DNA from: Candidatus Gottesmanbacteria bacterium
GTDB taxonomy: Bacteria; Patescibacteriota; Microgenomatia; UBA10105; UBA927
Assembly: GCA_963711735.1 (NCBI GenBank)
Contig: CAVQFA010000003.1
Location: 146,971 to 210,970, forward strand
Length of the DNA: 64,000 bases
Reading direction: 5' to 3'
The position numbers were made by a program, and so were the translations under genes. Below are positions 41,696 to 51,351 of the stretch, in pieces. Each line of letters opens with the position of its first letter. Positions within the stretch are counted from its first letter, which is position 1. The notes under the pieces are model-generated. The model had not been told where the DNA came from. It ran no database searches and saw nothing but the letters and a program-made list of their open reading frames with translations.

Positions 41696-42109
41696 GGGGA
41701 TGATTGATTCGACGGGAGTAGCTCATTGACAACCGCAAGCCGGCTTTTGATATGTAGCCGTAAAAGAAGTATCAAAAAATAATTGCTGATACAAAAGCAA
41801 AACTTCGCCAAGAACTCGCGGATCTCCGCGCATACTTCGGCGAATCTCCAAGAGCATACGCTCAGCTTTCATTAGCTGCGTAAACTCCTGTGGGACGTTT
41901 TCTAAGTTACCTTTTCCGGTTGGTGCTTGGAAGGCGGAAACAATAGCCGGGACACAGAAATCAAATTGACCGATTGATTTCGGAGAAAAAGGTCAACCCT
42001 TTCCGCAGTTGTCATGTCCATGAGTCATGCGGGAAGAATAACATGGACTACGCTTGTAGACGTTTGATATAAGCTCTTTCGGAACCGGGCTCAATACCCG
42101 GCATCTCCA
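41696..42109 (+). ncRNA. ssrA: tmRNA (~414 nt); tag ORF 41785-41883 ADTKAKLRQELADLRAYFGESPRAYAQLSLAA*
   Basis: Acceptor GGGGATG/CATCTCC-A with G3.U; ATTCGAC motif; T-arm CCGGG-CTCAATA-CCCGG; ATAATT-GCT resume context; tag ends LAA; downstream of smpB. Confidence 0.93.
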
Positions 42110-42332
42110 CAGCCGTAGCCGATCCGATTTCTAATCGGGAGGCGTACGGATGTGAATGCCCCACCTTCAGCGGGGCGCCACAGCCGGATTTTTTTTATTA
42201 TAATGCTTACGAATATGTGTGTCCCGAAGAAGGCGGACGCCACATTCCTCTTCTTATAAATACATTCTTAAGATAATCCCGGGATCATCACGTTTCCTCA
42301 CGACGATATGTATTTAATGTATCATTATATTC

Positions 42333-43025
42333 GTGGGTATTCTCGACATTCTTTTTCCCAAATGGTGTTACGGATGCGGCAAATTGGGAGCCTATATTTG
42401 TTCCGTGTGTGCGTCGCGCATCAGCATTATTGAGACGAATGAAGCGATATGCCCGGTTTGTCAAAAGGGGGCAATTGACGGGATGACACACCCGCGGTGT
42501 GCTACGAAGAAGGGAATAGACGGACTGACGAGCTTCTTTCGATACGATGGTATTGTCCGTAAGATCATCAAAGCAGTGAAATACCGGTATGTCTCGCATG
42601 CCGTTGAGGAATTGGTAAGACATATTCCCCCAACGTCGTACAATTTGCTCATGGTATTCCAAAAGTATCCGCCAACGATTTGTGTTCCGGTTCCTTTACA
42701 TCCGTCGAGATTTCGTTGGCGCGGATTTAATCAGGCAGAACTCTTCGGATCGGTTTTAGCTGACAAGCTGCATATACCCATGAGGAAGGATATGCTTATA
42801 CGGACACGCTTGACACTTCCGCAGGTGAATATGCATGACCGTAAAGAGCGTCTGAGTAACATGGATCACGTTTTTGCCGTCAGATTCCGCCGGCTGACTC
42901 CTCACGTCCGATGTGTTCTCCTTGTTGATGATATATATACGACCGGAGCGACACTCCGGAGCGCAGCCAGCGTGCTTAAAAAAGCAGGAGTACAACAAGT
43001 TTGGGCCGTAACAATCGCACGGTAA
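42333..43025 (+). CDS. comF: ComF-family amidophosphoribosyltransferase-like protein
   Basis: CxxC motifs, VPVPLH, RGFNQAE, LLVDDIYTTGATL. Confidence 0.92.
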   Translation: MGILDILFPKWCYGCGKLGAYICSVCASRISIIETNEAICPVCQKGAIDGMTHPRCATKKGIDGLTSFFRYDGIVRKIIKAVKYRYVSHAVEELVRHIPPTSYNLLMVFQKYPPTICVPVPLHPSRFRWRGFNQAELFGSVLADKLHIPMRKDMLIRTRLTLPQVNMHDRKERLSNMDHVFAVRFRRLTPHVRCVLLVDDIYTTGATLRSAASVLKKAGVQQVWAVTIAR

Positions 43026-43066
43026 TTATTCTTGTATCACAAAGGTGAATTTGAGATACTGCACGT

Positions 43067-43711
43067 GTGAAAAACCACATCCGGCGTGTTGTTATTATTT
43101 CAAACGGACAATTGCGTCCATCCATTCTAAAACTGATTCATCCCGGGGATTTTGTTATCGGCGTAGACAGGGCGGCGTACTGGCTTATAGATCACGGTAT
43201 AATTCCGCAAGTGGCTATCGGCGATTTTGATTCAACAACACGGGAAGAAATGAAAGAAATCCGGAAAAAAGTAAAAATAGTACTTACGCATCCGTCCCAA
43301 AAGGATGAAACGGATACGGAGTTGGCATTGAAATATGCAGTGAATCTGAAACCCGAAAGCATTGATATGTATGGTGCGTTTGGTACGAGAATGGATCACA
43401 CAATTGCATCAGTTTTACTGTTGGAACCATATTCGTCGCACAATATACAAATAACAGCAGTGGATAATAAAAACAGAATTCAATTTGTTGAAAATACAAT
43501 AGTAATCAAAAAAGACGCATCACTCCCCTATTTTTCAGTGGTCCCGGTTTCAACGCACATAGTTATCAGCATATATGGATGCAAATATCCGGTGGTGAAG
43601 GCAACTTTCAAACGGGGACAAACCATAGGCATCAGCAACGAAACATTATCAAAACAGACCGTTTTGACGCTCCACAGCGGAAAAGTGCTTGTCATTCAGA
43701 GCCGGGATTAA
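43067..43711 (+). CDS. thiN: Thiamine pyrophosphokinase
   Basis: IGDFDS, KDETDTELAL, GTRMDH, GISNE. Confidence 0.92.
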   Translation: MKNHIRRVVIISNGQLRPSILKLIHPGDFVIGVDRAAYWLIDHGIIPQVAIGDFDSTTREEMKEIRKKVKIVLTHPSQKDETDTELALKYAVNLKPESIDMYGAFGTRMDHTIASVLLLEPYSSHNIQITAVDNKNRIQFVENTIVIKKDASLPYFSVVPVSTHIVISIYGCKYPVVKATFKRGQTIGISNETLSKQTVLTLHSGKVLVIQSRD

Positions 43712-43785
43712 TGGTGAAAACAAGGTAATCTTGATATAATCAACACGGATTTATACGTAAATTTAGCTTAATAACAAACATTATA

Positions 43786-43869
43786 GGAGAGTGGGCAGAA
43801 CGGTAATGCACAGGTTTGCTAAACCTGCAACGCGCAAGCGTTGAGTGGGTTCAACTCCCACACTCTCCG
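43786..43869 (+). tRNA. tRNA-Ser(GCT)
   Basis: GGAGAGT/ACTCTCC-G; anticodon arm CAGGT-TTGCTAA-ACCTG; long variable arm. Confidence 0.93.
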
Positions 43870-43890
43870 CATATATGGTATACTGGTTAA

Positions 43891-44367
43891 GTGGTTGAGT
43901 ACATAAGAAACCCAAATACAAACTGTTGTGTTTGCCATAAACCAGTATACAAAAGACCCTCACAAATTAAGTTAAATCACGGAAAAGTTTATTGTGGTCT
44001 TGAGTGTTATGGTATTTCTTGTAGAAGGGAAAAACCATGTATAATATGCGGGAAGCCTGTTTTGGCAGGATTAAATAAAAAAACGTGTAGTCGAAGCTGC
44101 TCGAACAAATTAAGAATAGGAACGCATTATCATGGAGGTTATTCACGAAGTAAAGTCAAAAATTACCAAAGTTTGAAAATGCGCTTGATTGCTCAAAGAG
44201 GGAAAAAATGTGAACGATGTGGATACGGGAAACTTGAAATATTACAAGTACATCACGTGAATAAAGATCGGAACAATAATGAATTGAGCAATTTGGAATT
44301 GATATGTCCTAATTGTCATTATGAAGAACATTTGTTACAAAAAAGTTGGATGAAAACGTTGGTTTAA
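43891..44367 (+). CDS. HNH endonuclease with N-terminal Cys-rich zinc-finger repeats
   Basis: CERCG...LQVHHVNKDRNNNELSNLELICPNCHYEEH; AT-rich. Confidence 0.88.
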   Translation: MVEYIRNPNTNCCVCHKPVYKRPSQIKLNHGKVYCGLECYGISCRREKPCIICGKPVLAGLNKKTCSRSCSNKLRIGTHYHGGYSRSKVKNYQSLKMRLIAQRGKKCERCGYGKLEILQVHHVNKDRNNNELSNLELICPNCHYEEHLLQKSWMKTLV

Positions 44368-44377
44368 TAGTAAACAA

Positions 44378-44462
44378 GGAGGGTGGGCAGGACGGTAATG
44401 CGCGAGTCTTGAAAACTCGTGGGAGCAATCCCTAACAGGTTCGACCCCTGTATCCTCCGCCA
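44378..44462 (+). tRNA. tRNA-Ser(TGA)
   Basis: CGAGT-CTTGAAA-ACTCG; GGAGGGT/ATCCTCC-G-CCA. Confidence 0.93.
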
Positions 44463-44544
44463 AGTTAAACTTGGCTAGGACGTTTGATGTCTTGCGTTGA
44501 TATTTTTTGTTCCCTCCGAAGTCTTAGCGAAGGAGGACTTCTTT

Positions 44545-44630
44545 GGAGAGGTCGCATAGTTGGTCTAGTGCAGCAGTTTACTAAACTGCCGTAACGCAAG
44601 TTACCGCGAGTTCGAATCTCGCCCTCTCCG
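44545..44630 (+). tRNA. tRNA-Ser(ACT), unusual A34 anticodon
   Basis: GGAGAGG/CCTCTCC-G; GCAGT-TTACTAA-ACTGC; variable arm GTAAC-GCAA-GTTAC; GCGAG-TTCGAAT-CTCGC. Confidence 0.88.
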
Positions 44631-44714
44631 CCGGGTTATCTAGCCACATTTTTAATCACAAGAGAAAGATACCCCTTCCCATCCGGAAAGCATAATAATT
44701 GATATAATGACAGC

Positions 44715-45782
44715 ATGTCCGAATTAATTGATGACCCCAATAGTGCAAGAACGGGTAATGAAATTTTTGATGAATCACCGACTTCAAACCCAGATGTTAC
44801 TGAGCCGGTTGATCAAACCCCTAAAAGAAGAAATATTTCTCTATTTCAATTACTTGTGGGAGCTCTTTTTGTTGTTTGTGTGGTGATAGGTGTAGTTTTA
44901 CTGATATTTTCCGAAAACGCGAATAAATCAAACGTTAAACCAAATGATATTACAGAACAGACAAATATAAATCCAACCCTTGGTACAGGATTTTCAGCAG
45001 TTATACAAACAACCACTACACCAGCAATAATTATTGCTCCTACGAGCACACCGAAAATTTATCATACGAATACACCAATAAATACACCTACGCGTGCTCC
45101 AATGCCCACACCAACTCCAACAAGAACACCACGCCCGCCAATTGTAAATATTTCATATCCGTCAGAGATGCAGGTCATTAACATGACAGAAAACCAACAA
45201 CTCTGTGTGGCAGACGTTCCAAACGGCGGTGACACGTCGGGAACAATGAGACGTCATAATATTAACGATGGAGGATGGAGTGGGTACACCCAGGTTTTTA
45301 CTCTATGTTTTACTCCAAACGAAGGCATTAACCGGATTCAACTGCAATATAAAAATTCGTACGGAGATGAATCGACACAATATACAAGACAGTTTGTATT
45401 TCACCGGATATCTCCGATGACTATTACGTATAGCGGGCAGGTGTTTTTAGATACAAACTGTAACGGAAATTTTGACAGCGGCTCGGAAAATTATATAAAT
45501 TTTTCAACAAAAATTAATATTCTGCAGATTCCAGGAGCTCAAACGCTCGCAACACCGACAACCGGTTTATCCGGAAACTGGAGTTTTTCTAAGCAGATAA
45601 TGGATAACGAATCTATTACCCTTCAGGCTGTTGTGGATTCCTCTATACCAGCGCCTTATGTTTTGTATCCGGATTCCGATAAACGGATTTTTAACCGGAC
45701 TTTCGATACAAATAACAGAAACATTTCCATTTTGCAACCTATTGTCACAACCACTATTTATACAACCATTTGTCCCCACTAA
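44715..45782 (+). CDS. Single-pass membrane protein with PT linker and Ig-like/SdrD-B-like domain
   Basis: TM helix, PTPTPT linker, GQVFLDTNCNGNFDSGSE. Confidence 0.75.
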   Translation: MSELIDDPNSARTGNEIFDESPTSNPDVTEPVDQTPKRRNISLFQLLVGALFVVCVVIGVVLLIFSENANKSNVKPNDITEQTNINPTLGTGFSAVIQTTTTPAIIIAPTSTPKIYHTNTPINTPTRAPMPTPTPTRTPRPPIVNISYPSEMQVINMTENQQLCVADVPNGGDTSGTMRRHNINDGGWSGYTQVFTLCFTPNEGINRIQLQYKNSYGDESTQYTRQFVFHRISPMTITYSGQVFLDTNCNGNFDSGSENYINFSTKINILQIPGAQTLATPTTGLSGNWSFSKQIMDNESITLQAVVDSSIPAPYVLYPDSDKRIFNRTFDTNNRNISILQPIVTTTIYTTICPH

Positions 45783-46036
45783 CGGAGATATATAGATTCT
45801 ACAAACGACACCGACACCTTACTTATGGTCTGTTCTTAAAAGCAGGAGAAGACTATTTTTGTTTTGTTGTGTGGGTCGAAAATAACATTTTTATAAGTAA
45901 AATCGGCATACTATACCCCAGAGAGAAATACCCCTATCCGTAATAGCTTCCAAAGCCGTCAGTGGACCGATTTCAGTGTAAACTTACGCTCTCCGTATTT
46001 TTGAAATAGACAGAGGAAATATATACAATAATTCTA

Positions 46037-46684
46037 ATGGGAAAAATTATCCCTCGTCTTCTCACTCTCAGCTTCTTCTTAAGTCTTGCTCCAAATGTAT
46101 ATGCCAATATGGCTTTACCACCATCATACTACTACGGTTCCAGCGTCTTTCTACTTCTTACAATGGTTATTTCAGATGCAATAGCACTTTGGTTAGCTCT
46201 GAAACTTGTTAGGGTAAAAATAAACAAAGTAAAATTTTTCATAGCCTTAATAACAACAGTAATACTGGGAATAATTGCTGACATTTCTTCGTTAATAATC
46301 ACGAATACGCTGCTTAATACTTTTTTCCCCCTCTTTAGCCGTTATCATCAGGGTTTTCTTAGAAAAGTTGACTATCTATTATTATTTTCACCCTCATCCT
46401 TTTATATGTTGGGGGTATCTTTGAATAACTTTACGTCTCATTTTCCGGAATATGTTCCTCCTCTGGGAGTAAGTTTGCTTATGATTTCTGCATTTATCTG
46501 TATTGCATGTTTTAACTTAATTCATAAAGCAATTTTTAAAATAAGTGCCAAACAAGCATTTTTAACCGCATTATTATTGGGAATATTTACCAATCCGGGT
46601 TGGGGTTTATATCCATATGCATTTATCGCCTGGATAATAATTTTAGGGATCATATTTATTTTTATAAAGAAAAATAAGCTCTAA
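46037..46684 (+). CDS. Hypothetical multi-pass membrane protein
   Basis: Signal peptide and several TM helices; AT-rich. Confidence 0.7.
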   Translation: MGKIIPRLLTLSFFLSLAPNVYANMALPPSYYYGSSVFLLLTMVISDAIALWLALKLVRVKINKVKFFIALITTVILGIIADISSLIITNTLLNTFFPLFSRYHQGFLRKVDYLLLFSPSSFYMLGVSLNNFTSHFPEYVPPLGVSLLMISAFICIACFNLIHKAIFKISAKQAFLTALLLGIFTNPGWGLYPYAFIAWIIILGIIFIFIKKNKL

Positions 46685-46760
46685 CGTAACTACGTTTCAT
46701 TAACAAACAGGTAATACTCAATTCCCTTTTTTGAATAATACGAGAGCAGATCAACGTTTT

Positions 46761-48008
46761 ATGTTTTACTACCCCTGTTTTTTTGATATAACGTCAGTAG
46801 TGGTCAAACAAATACTTTTTGTCACTCTGATTGTCTTTTTGGCATCCTCCTTGTTTTTGACTGTCGGGGTATGGTTTCACTCGTATATAAAATATTGTTG
46901 TATACCAGTGTCTGCAATAATACCGCATCATGAGGCGGTGAAGGATAAACGAAAGGAAATGTTGAAAGTATTGGCAGCCAAAAGACCCATTACCCGCCGG
47001 ATTGTACTTCTTACGCCCGACCATTTCACTTTTCATCAACAGGCGATTTCTTACACTGACCGCAATTGGAACTTGTCAAACGGAATGGTGAAATTTGATA
47101 CACAAGCAAGGGGACTCATCGCAAGCGATATGCTTCTGGATGATCAGATTGCCCAGGATCATGGTATTTACAATGTGCTTCCGGATCTGAAGGATGCCTT
47201 TGGGCAAATATCCGTTATTCCTATTGCGATAGGTCAGTCAGTAAGCATATCTCGGTTAAAAAGATTATCTGAAAGAATAAGTACGTGGTGCAAAGACGAT
47301 TGTTTCGTTGTGGCGTCGGTAGATTTTTCTCATTACTTGCCAAGCGCGCTTGCTGATATCCACGACGAAAAAACCATACGCGACCTTACGAATTTTACGG
47401 TCAATTCCGGTGATGAGGTAGACAGTTATCAGTCACTTTGGATAGCAGAAGAATTTGCCAAATCACAAAACGCGTTCGTGTTCACGGTTTTTGCCCACAC
47501 CAACTCCGCCAAGCTTGAGAAAAATCGTGACGCAGAGTCTACAAGTCATGTGTTCGGTTGGTATAGAAGGAGACTATTTGGGAAGAAATTACCGGATATA
47601 TCCGGACAAACATTTCTTATAATGCATGACATAGGCGGAAATATGAAAAAGGAAAATTTGGGAGATAGATTTTTTTATGGTACAGATATAATGGATACGG
47701 TATTAGATGACCGATTTACCCGGAAGAATCTTATAGTAGAAGGAATATCCGGCAGGTCAAAAATTACTATTCCGGGTAACAACAAATTCATCCGTATCGG
47801 CTTGGGAGACGATATGGCAATAGCCGGTGATATAAATATAAATATCCTGAAATTAATTTTTCTCCCCATTTCCTTAGAGAGAGGACAACTCACGCTGATA
47901 AAAGGCGATGAAAAAACTCAAATTCTAAACAAGCTTTTTAGTGATTTGACGGAAAAGAACGGCTTTTCCAGTAATCGGTTTGAGGGAATCATTGAATTAC
48001 AGCTATAA
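46761..48008 (+). CDS. MEMO1/AmmeMemoRadiSam protein B-like, membrane anchored (start uncertain)
   Basis: IIPHH, LLTPDHF, DHGI, VASVDFSHYLP. Confidence 0.8.
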   Translation: MFYYPCFFDITSVVVKQILFVTLIVFLASSLFLTVGVWFHSYIKYCCIPVSAIIPHHEAVKDKRKEMLKVLAAKRPITRRIVLLTPDHFTFHQQAISYTDRNWNLSNGMVKFDTQARGLIASDMLLDDQIAQDHGIYNVLPDLKDAFGQISVIPIAIGQSVSISRLKRLSERISTWCKDDCFVVASVDFSHYLPSALADIHDEKTIRDLTNFTVNSGDEVDSYQSLWIAEEFAKSQNAFVFTVFAHTNSAKLEKNRDAESTSHVFGWYRRRLFGKKLPDISGQTFLIMHDIGGNMKKENLGDRFFYGTDIMDTVLDDRFTRKNLIVEGISGRSKITIPGNNKFIRIGLGDDMAIAGDININILKLIFLPISLERGQLTLIKGDEKTQILNKLFSDLTEKNGFSSNRFEGIIELQL

Positions 48009-48051
48009 GATAGCCTACAATAAATAATATATAAAATAATATATAAAAAAC

Positions 48052-49863
48052 ATGAATCAAACCACAATTGAACCAAAAGCACCAGCTTCACCGCAAAACC
48101 AACCTGACGAAGCTACTCCACCCACGCCTCCACCCGTAACGACCACAAAAAACAACGCGCTTATACTTGGTGTCGCGCTGGGGTTTGTTCTTTCTTTAAT
48201 CGCAGTGGCGGCAATATATTTTTTCCTGATCAAACCGGAGCTCACAAAGATGCAGAAAAGCAGTGCAAAAAATAGAGATGAATTGTCTTTGGGAATTACC
48301 CCTCGGATTTCCGGTTTTCCGGGAAGTAATATAAATATCAGTCCCGCTCCGAGCGCTACACCATATATCGGAAAAAAGGACGGCACAATATGGTATAACA
48401 CGCAGAACAAAATTACTGCCATAAAAGTGTTTCAGATCAGCAAGAACGATGATGAAGGCGCAGCAGGATACGACACGAAAAACGCAGAGTTTTATGAAAT
48501 AGCCAAACTGGAAGACGGGGGAGTACTGATAGACAGTTTTATACCGTCAATTGGGCTCGGCGGAACGACATTAATCCGATTTATCCGCTATCCGGATGGA
48601 TATTCAGTTCTTACTAATTATGTAAATCAGTGGATTAAGGAAAGTCTCGATCAAATCGTTCTCGGAGAAGTTAAACGCGTTAACAGAAGCATTACGGGTA
48701 TAGAAACTCCACAGACGATTACAGTTAATGGAATTAAATTGAAGCTGGCTTCACCGGATCCTATCAGACTTGATAATCTGAAAAACAGTACGGTGTTGGG
48801 AAACACCGATTACGGTCAGGTGTATGTTATGTACGAACCGATTTTGGATAGTGACAGAATATTTGCCCGGAGTCTCTATGTAGCATTAAAAGACGGGTTG
48901 TTTGTACCGTATGTTTTGGATAAAATTGCCTCTTCGGACGATTTCATTCCGGAGATAACATGGAATGGTAATACAAAAAACATCAGTCGATTCCGTCAAA
49001 ATTTAGTAGCAAGTTGTGGGTTGGGCATGATGTATTCTTTGCCGGTCGTGAAAAAAGAATCACCGCTTTTATCCGGTAAAAATGAAATCGGAAGAACTGT
49101 ATCCGGTCAGCCGGTGTATCAACTGATGGATACCAGCAGTTTATTGGTTCAAGCTTTATATTCTAGCTATAAAATCGGACGGGATTATACAGGTGCTCCG
49201 CCTTATTTAACCTTTGATGAATTCACGCAAAAACGCAATCATTTTCTCTGGCAGGATTCGTTGGGTGACTGGCAGATTTTTGCTGATGAAAATTATGCTC
49301 CGATGGCTGAATGCGGCAAACCTGTCATATACCTGTATCCGACACAAACGCAACAGATAAACGTTCAGGTAGGAGCACAGCTACGTGTTTCCGATCCGAT
49401 ATATAAAGATAACGGTTGGTCTGTGATAGCATATCCGGACGGAACGATTAAATACAATGGAAAATTTTACCCCTATTTATATTGGGAAGGGTTGGGTGAT
49501 GGGGTTTATCCGGACATACGGTCATCAGGAAGCGTAATCAGGCAATCTGAACTGACTGCAAAAATTACAAAAGATCTGAAAACGTTGGGTTTAAACAGTA
49601 AGGAAATTGCGGACTTTATGGAGTTCTGGGTGCCAAAAATGCCAACCACACCATATGTGAGATTGACGTGGTTGGGTACACACGACATGGATGTATTAGC
49701 GCCACTTACTATCTCACCCAAACCGGACACAATTATACGCATATTTTTGGACTTTGCCGGTTTAGAAAAACCGGTGAATCTGAAGCCACAAGTATTATCG
49801 GGAGTTGCTCGGCATGGATTTACGGTTGTTGAGTGGGGAGGATTACTACTTGGCGATAAATAG
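48052..49863 (+). CDS. Membrane-anchored protein with C-terminal KPVIYLYP domain
   Basis: TM helix; CGKPVIYLYP, YPYLYWEG, EIADFMEFW, GFTVVEWGG. Confidence 0.8.
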   Translation: MNQTTIEPKAPASPQNQPDEATPPTPPPVTTTKNNALILGVALGFVLSLIAVAAIYFFLIKPELTKMQKSSAKNRDELSLGITPRISGFPGSNINISPAPSATPYIGKKDGTIWYNTQNKITAIKVFQISKNDDEGAAGYDTKNAEFYEIAKLEDGGVLIDSFIPSIGLGGTTLIRFIRYPDGYSVLTNYVNQWIKESLDQIVLGEVKRVNRSITGIETPQTITVNGIKLKLASPDPIRLDNLKNSTVLGNTDYGQVYVMYEPILDSDRIFARSLYVALKDGLFVPYVLDKIASSDDFIPEITWNGNTKNISRFRQNLVASCGLGMMYSLPVVKKESPLLSGKNEIGRTVSGQPVYQLMDTSSLLVQALYSSYKIGRDYTGAPPYLTFDEFTQKRNHFLWQDSLGDWQIFADENYAPMAECGKPVIYLYPTQTQQINVQVGAQLRVSDPIYKDNGWSVIAYPDGTIKYNGKFYPYLYWEGLGDGVYPDIRSSGSVIRQSELTAKITKDLKTLGLNSKEIADFMEFWVPKMPTTPYVRLTWLGTHDMDVLAPLTISPKPDTIIRIFLDFAGLEKPVNLKPQVLSGVARHGFTVVEWGGLLLGDK

Positions 49864-49943
49864 TTTTGGATTGTCTTGTTCTACTCGGGTTTTTCGATAA
49901 CCCAAAACAAACCCACTCTCTCCGCAAATAGTATAATAATCGC

Positions 49944-50429
49944 ATGTCCTCATTCGAAATCCGCAACAAAGAGACCTCCGATGATGAATGGATAAACCTT
50001 TTGTTAGAGAAACATTGGGGGTCGGTAAAAATTGTAACAAGAGGTAAGGTTACATACGCAAATCGTATCCTTGGATTCATTGCGTCTGTTAATGACGAAC
50101 CGGTCGGACTCATTACCTATCAGATTGGAAAAGACGCTGTTGAAATAGTTACACTAAATTCCAAAAAAGAAGGTATTGGTATCGGAACTGCGTTAATACA
50201 TGCGGTGGTGAATACGGCAAAAAACCAAAAATGTAAAAGGGTCTGGGTCATAACGACAAATGATAACCTGTCTGCTATGACTTTCTATAAAAAAAGAGGG
50301 TTTTCATTGAAAGCCATTCATAAAAATGCGATTGAAAAGTCCAGAAAGTTGAAACCGGAGATACCGATGATTGGAATGGGAGGAATACCGATAAAGGATG
50401 AAATAGAGTTTGAAATAATAACGAACTGA
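49944..50429 (+). CDS. GNAT acetyltransferase
   Basis: GIGIGTAL, ITTNDNLSA..FYKKRGF. Confidence 0.88.
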   Translation: MSSFEIRNKETSDDEWINLLLEKHWGSVKIVTRGKVTYANRILGFIASVNDEPVGLITYQIGKDAVEIVTLNSKKEGIGIGTALIHAVVNTAKNQKCKRVWVITTNDNLSAMTFYKKRGFSLKAIHKNAIEKSRKLKPEIPMIGMGGIPIKDEIEFEIITN

Positions 50430-50539
50430 CTATTAAACGTTTCAAAGCAGACGAAGAATTACTTTCTCATAGCGCGTCCTGAAGACGGGAAGCCCCAGCG
50501 GCATTGCATTGAAACTCCAAAGAACGGTATACTGGTTTT

Positions 50540-51058
50540 ATGGAGAACGACACCCCAAACGACCCGGAAAAAATGAAAATCGAAGAGCTTCTGAGGTGGA
50601 CAGCTCCATCCCGTCTTTTCAAAAAACGGGATAAAGAATACTTTACCAACATAGGTGCGATTGTATTTCTCCTTATCATTATTCTCGTATTTGCCCGTGA
50701 ATACATGTTTATCCTTGCAGTCCTGTCTATCGTATTTTTCATCTATACCATAAGTACGGTACCGCCGGAGGATATAGAGCACAGAATTACAAATTTAGGT
50801 ATCGAAAGCACTGGACATTTCTATAGGTGGGAAGAGCTCGCTGAATTTTGGTTTGAAGAACAGTGGGGTCAGGTGAAAATGGTTCTGGCTCCCATAATGG
50901 GCTCCAGGATAATACTCCTCCTCGGATCAGTCGATAAGAAAAAAATGCGTGAGATTGTATCTAAATATATTCCGTTTCGCGAACAACCCCCTTCATCTTT
51001 TGTCGATAATGCAGCCAAGTGGCTGACAGAGAAAGTTCCTCTTGATAAACCTTCGTAA
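50540..51058 (+). CDS. Conserved two-TM membrane protein with PH-like domain
   Basis: LLRWTAPSR.FK, 2 TM helices, ITNLGI...FYRWEEL.EFWF. Confidence 0.75.
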   Translation: MENDTPNDPEKMKIEELLRWTAPSRLFKKRDKEYFTNIGAIVFLLIIILVFAREYMFILAVLSIVFFIYTISTVPPEDIEHRITNLGIESTGHFYRWEELAEFWFEEQWGQVKMVLAPIMGSRIILLLGSVDKKKMREIVSKYIPFREQPPSSFVDNAAKWLTEKVPLDKPS

Positions 51059-51097
51059 CTGGCTACAGAACCGAGTAAAGTGATAAAATACCGATAC

Positions 51098-51169
51098 GCT
51101 CCCGTAGTTTAACGGATAGAATAGGGGTTTGCGGAACCTCTGATCGCAGTTCGATTCTGCGCGGGAGCG
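51098..51169 (+). tRNA. tRNA-Arg(GCG)
   Basis: GCTCCCG/CGGGAGC-G; GGGGT-TTGCGGA-ACCTC. Confidence 0.9.
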
Positions 51170-51212
51170 CACGAGAAATTTCTTGACAAGGTACGAGTCT
51201 AGAAATTTCCGT

Positions 51213-51334
51213 GCTCTGAGGAGTGGTAACGACGAAGAGCAACATTATAACGTTTGAAATGGCTCTGAGGAGCGTTAGCGACGAAGAGCGACCTTGATTA
51301 ATGTACCGCTGAGTTGCGATTAGCGACGAAGAGC
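51213..51334 (+). repeat. Three ~28-nt imperfect palindromic repeats (GCTCTGAG...GACGAAGAGC)
   Basis: Copies at 51213-51240, 51262-51289 and 51308-51334. Confidence 0.85.
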
Positions 51335-51351
51335 GACATTTCAGATAAGAA

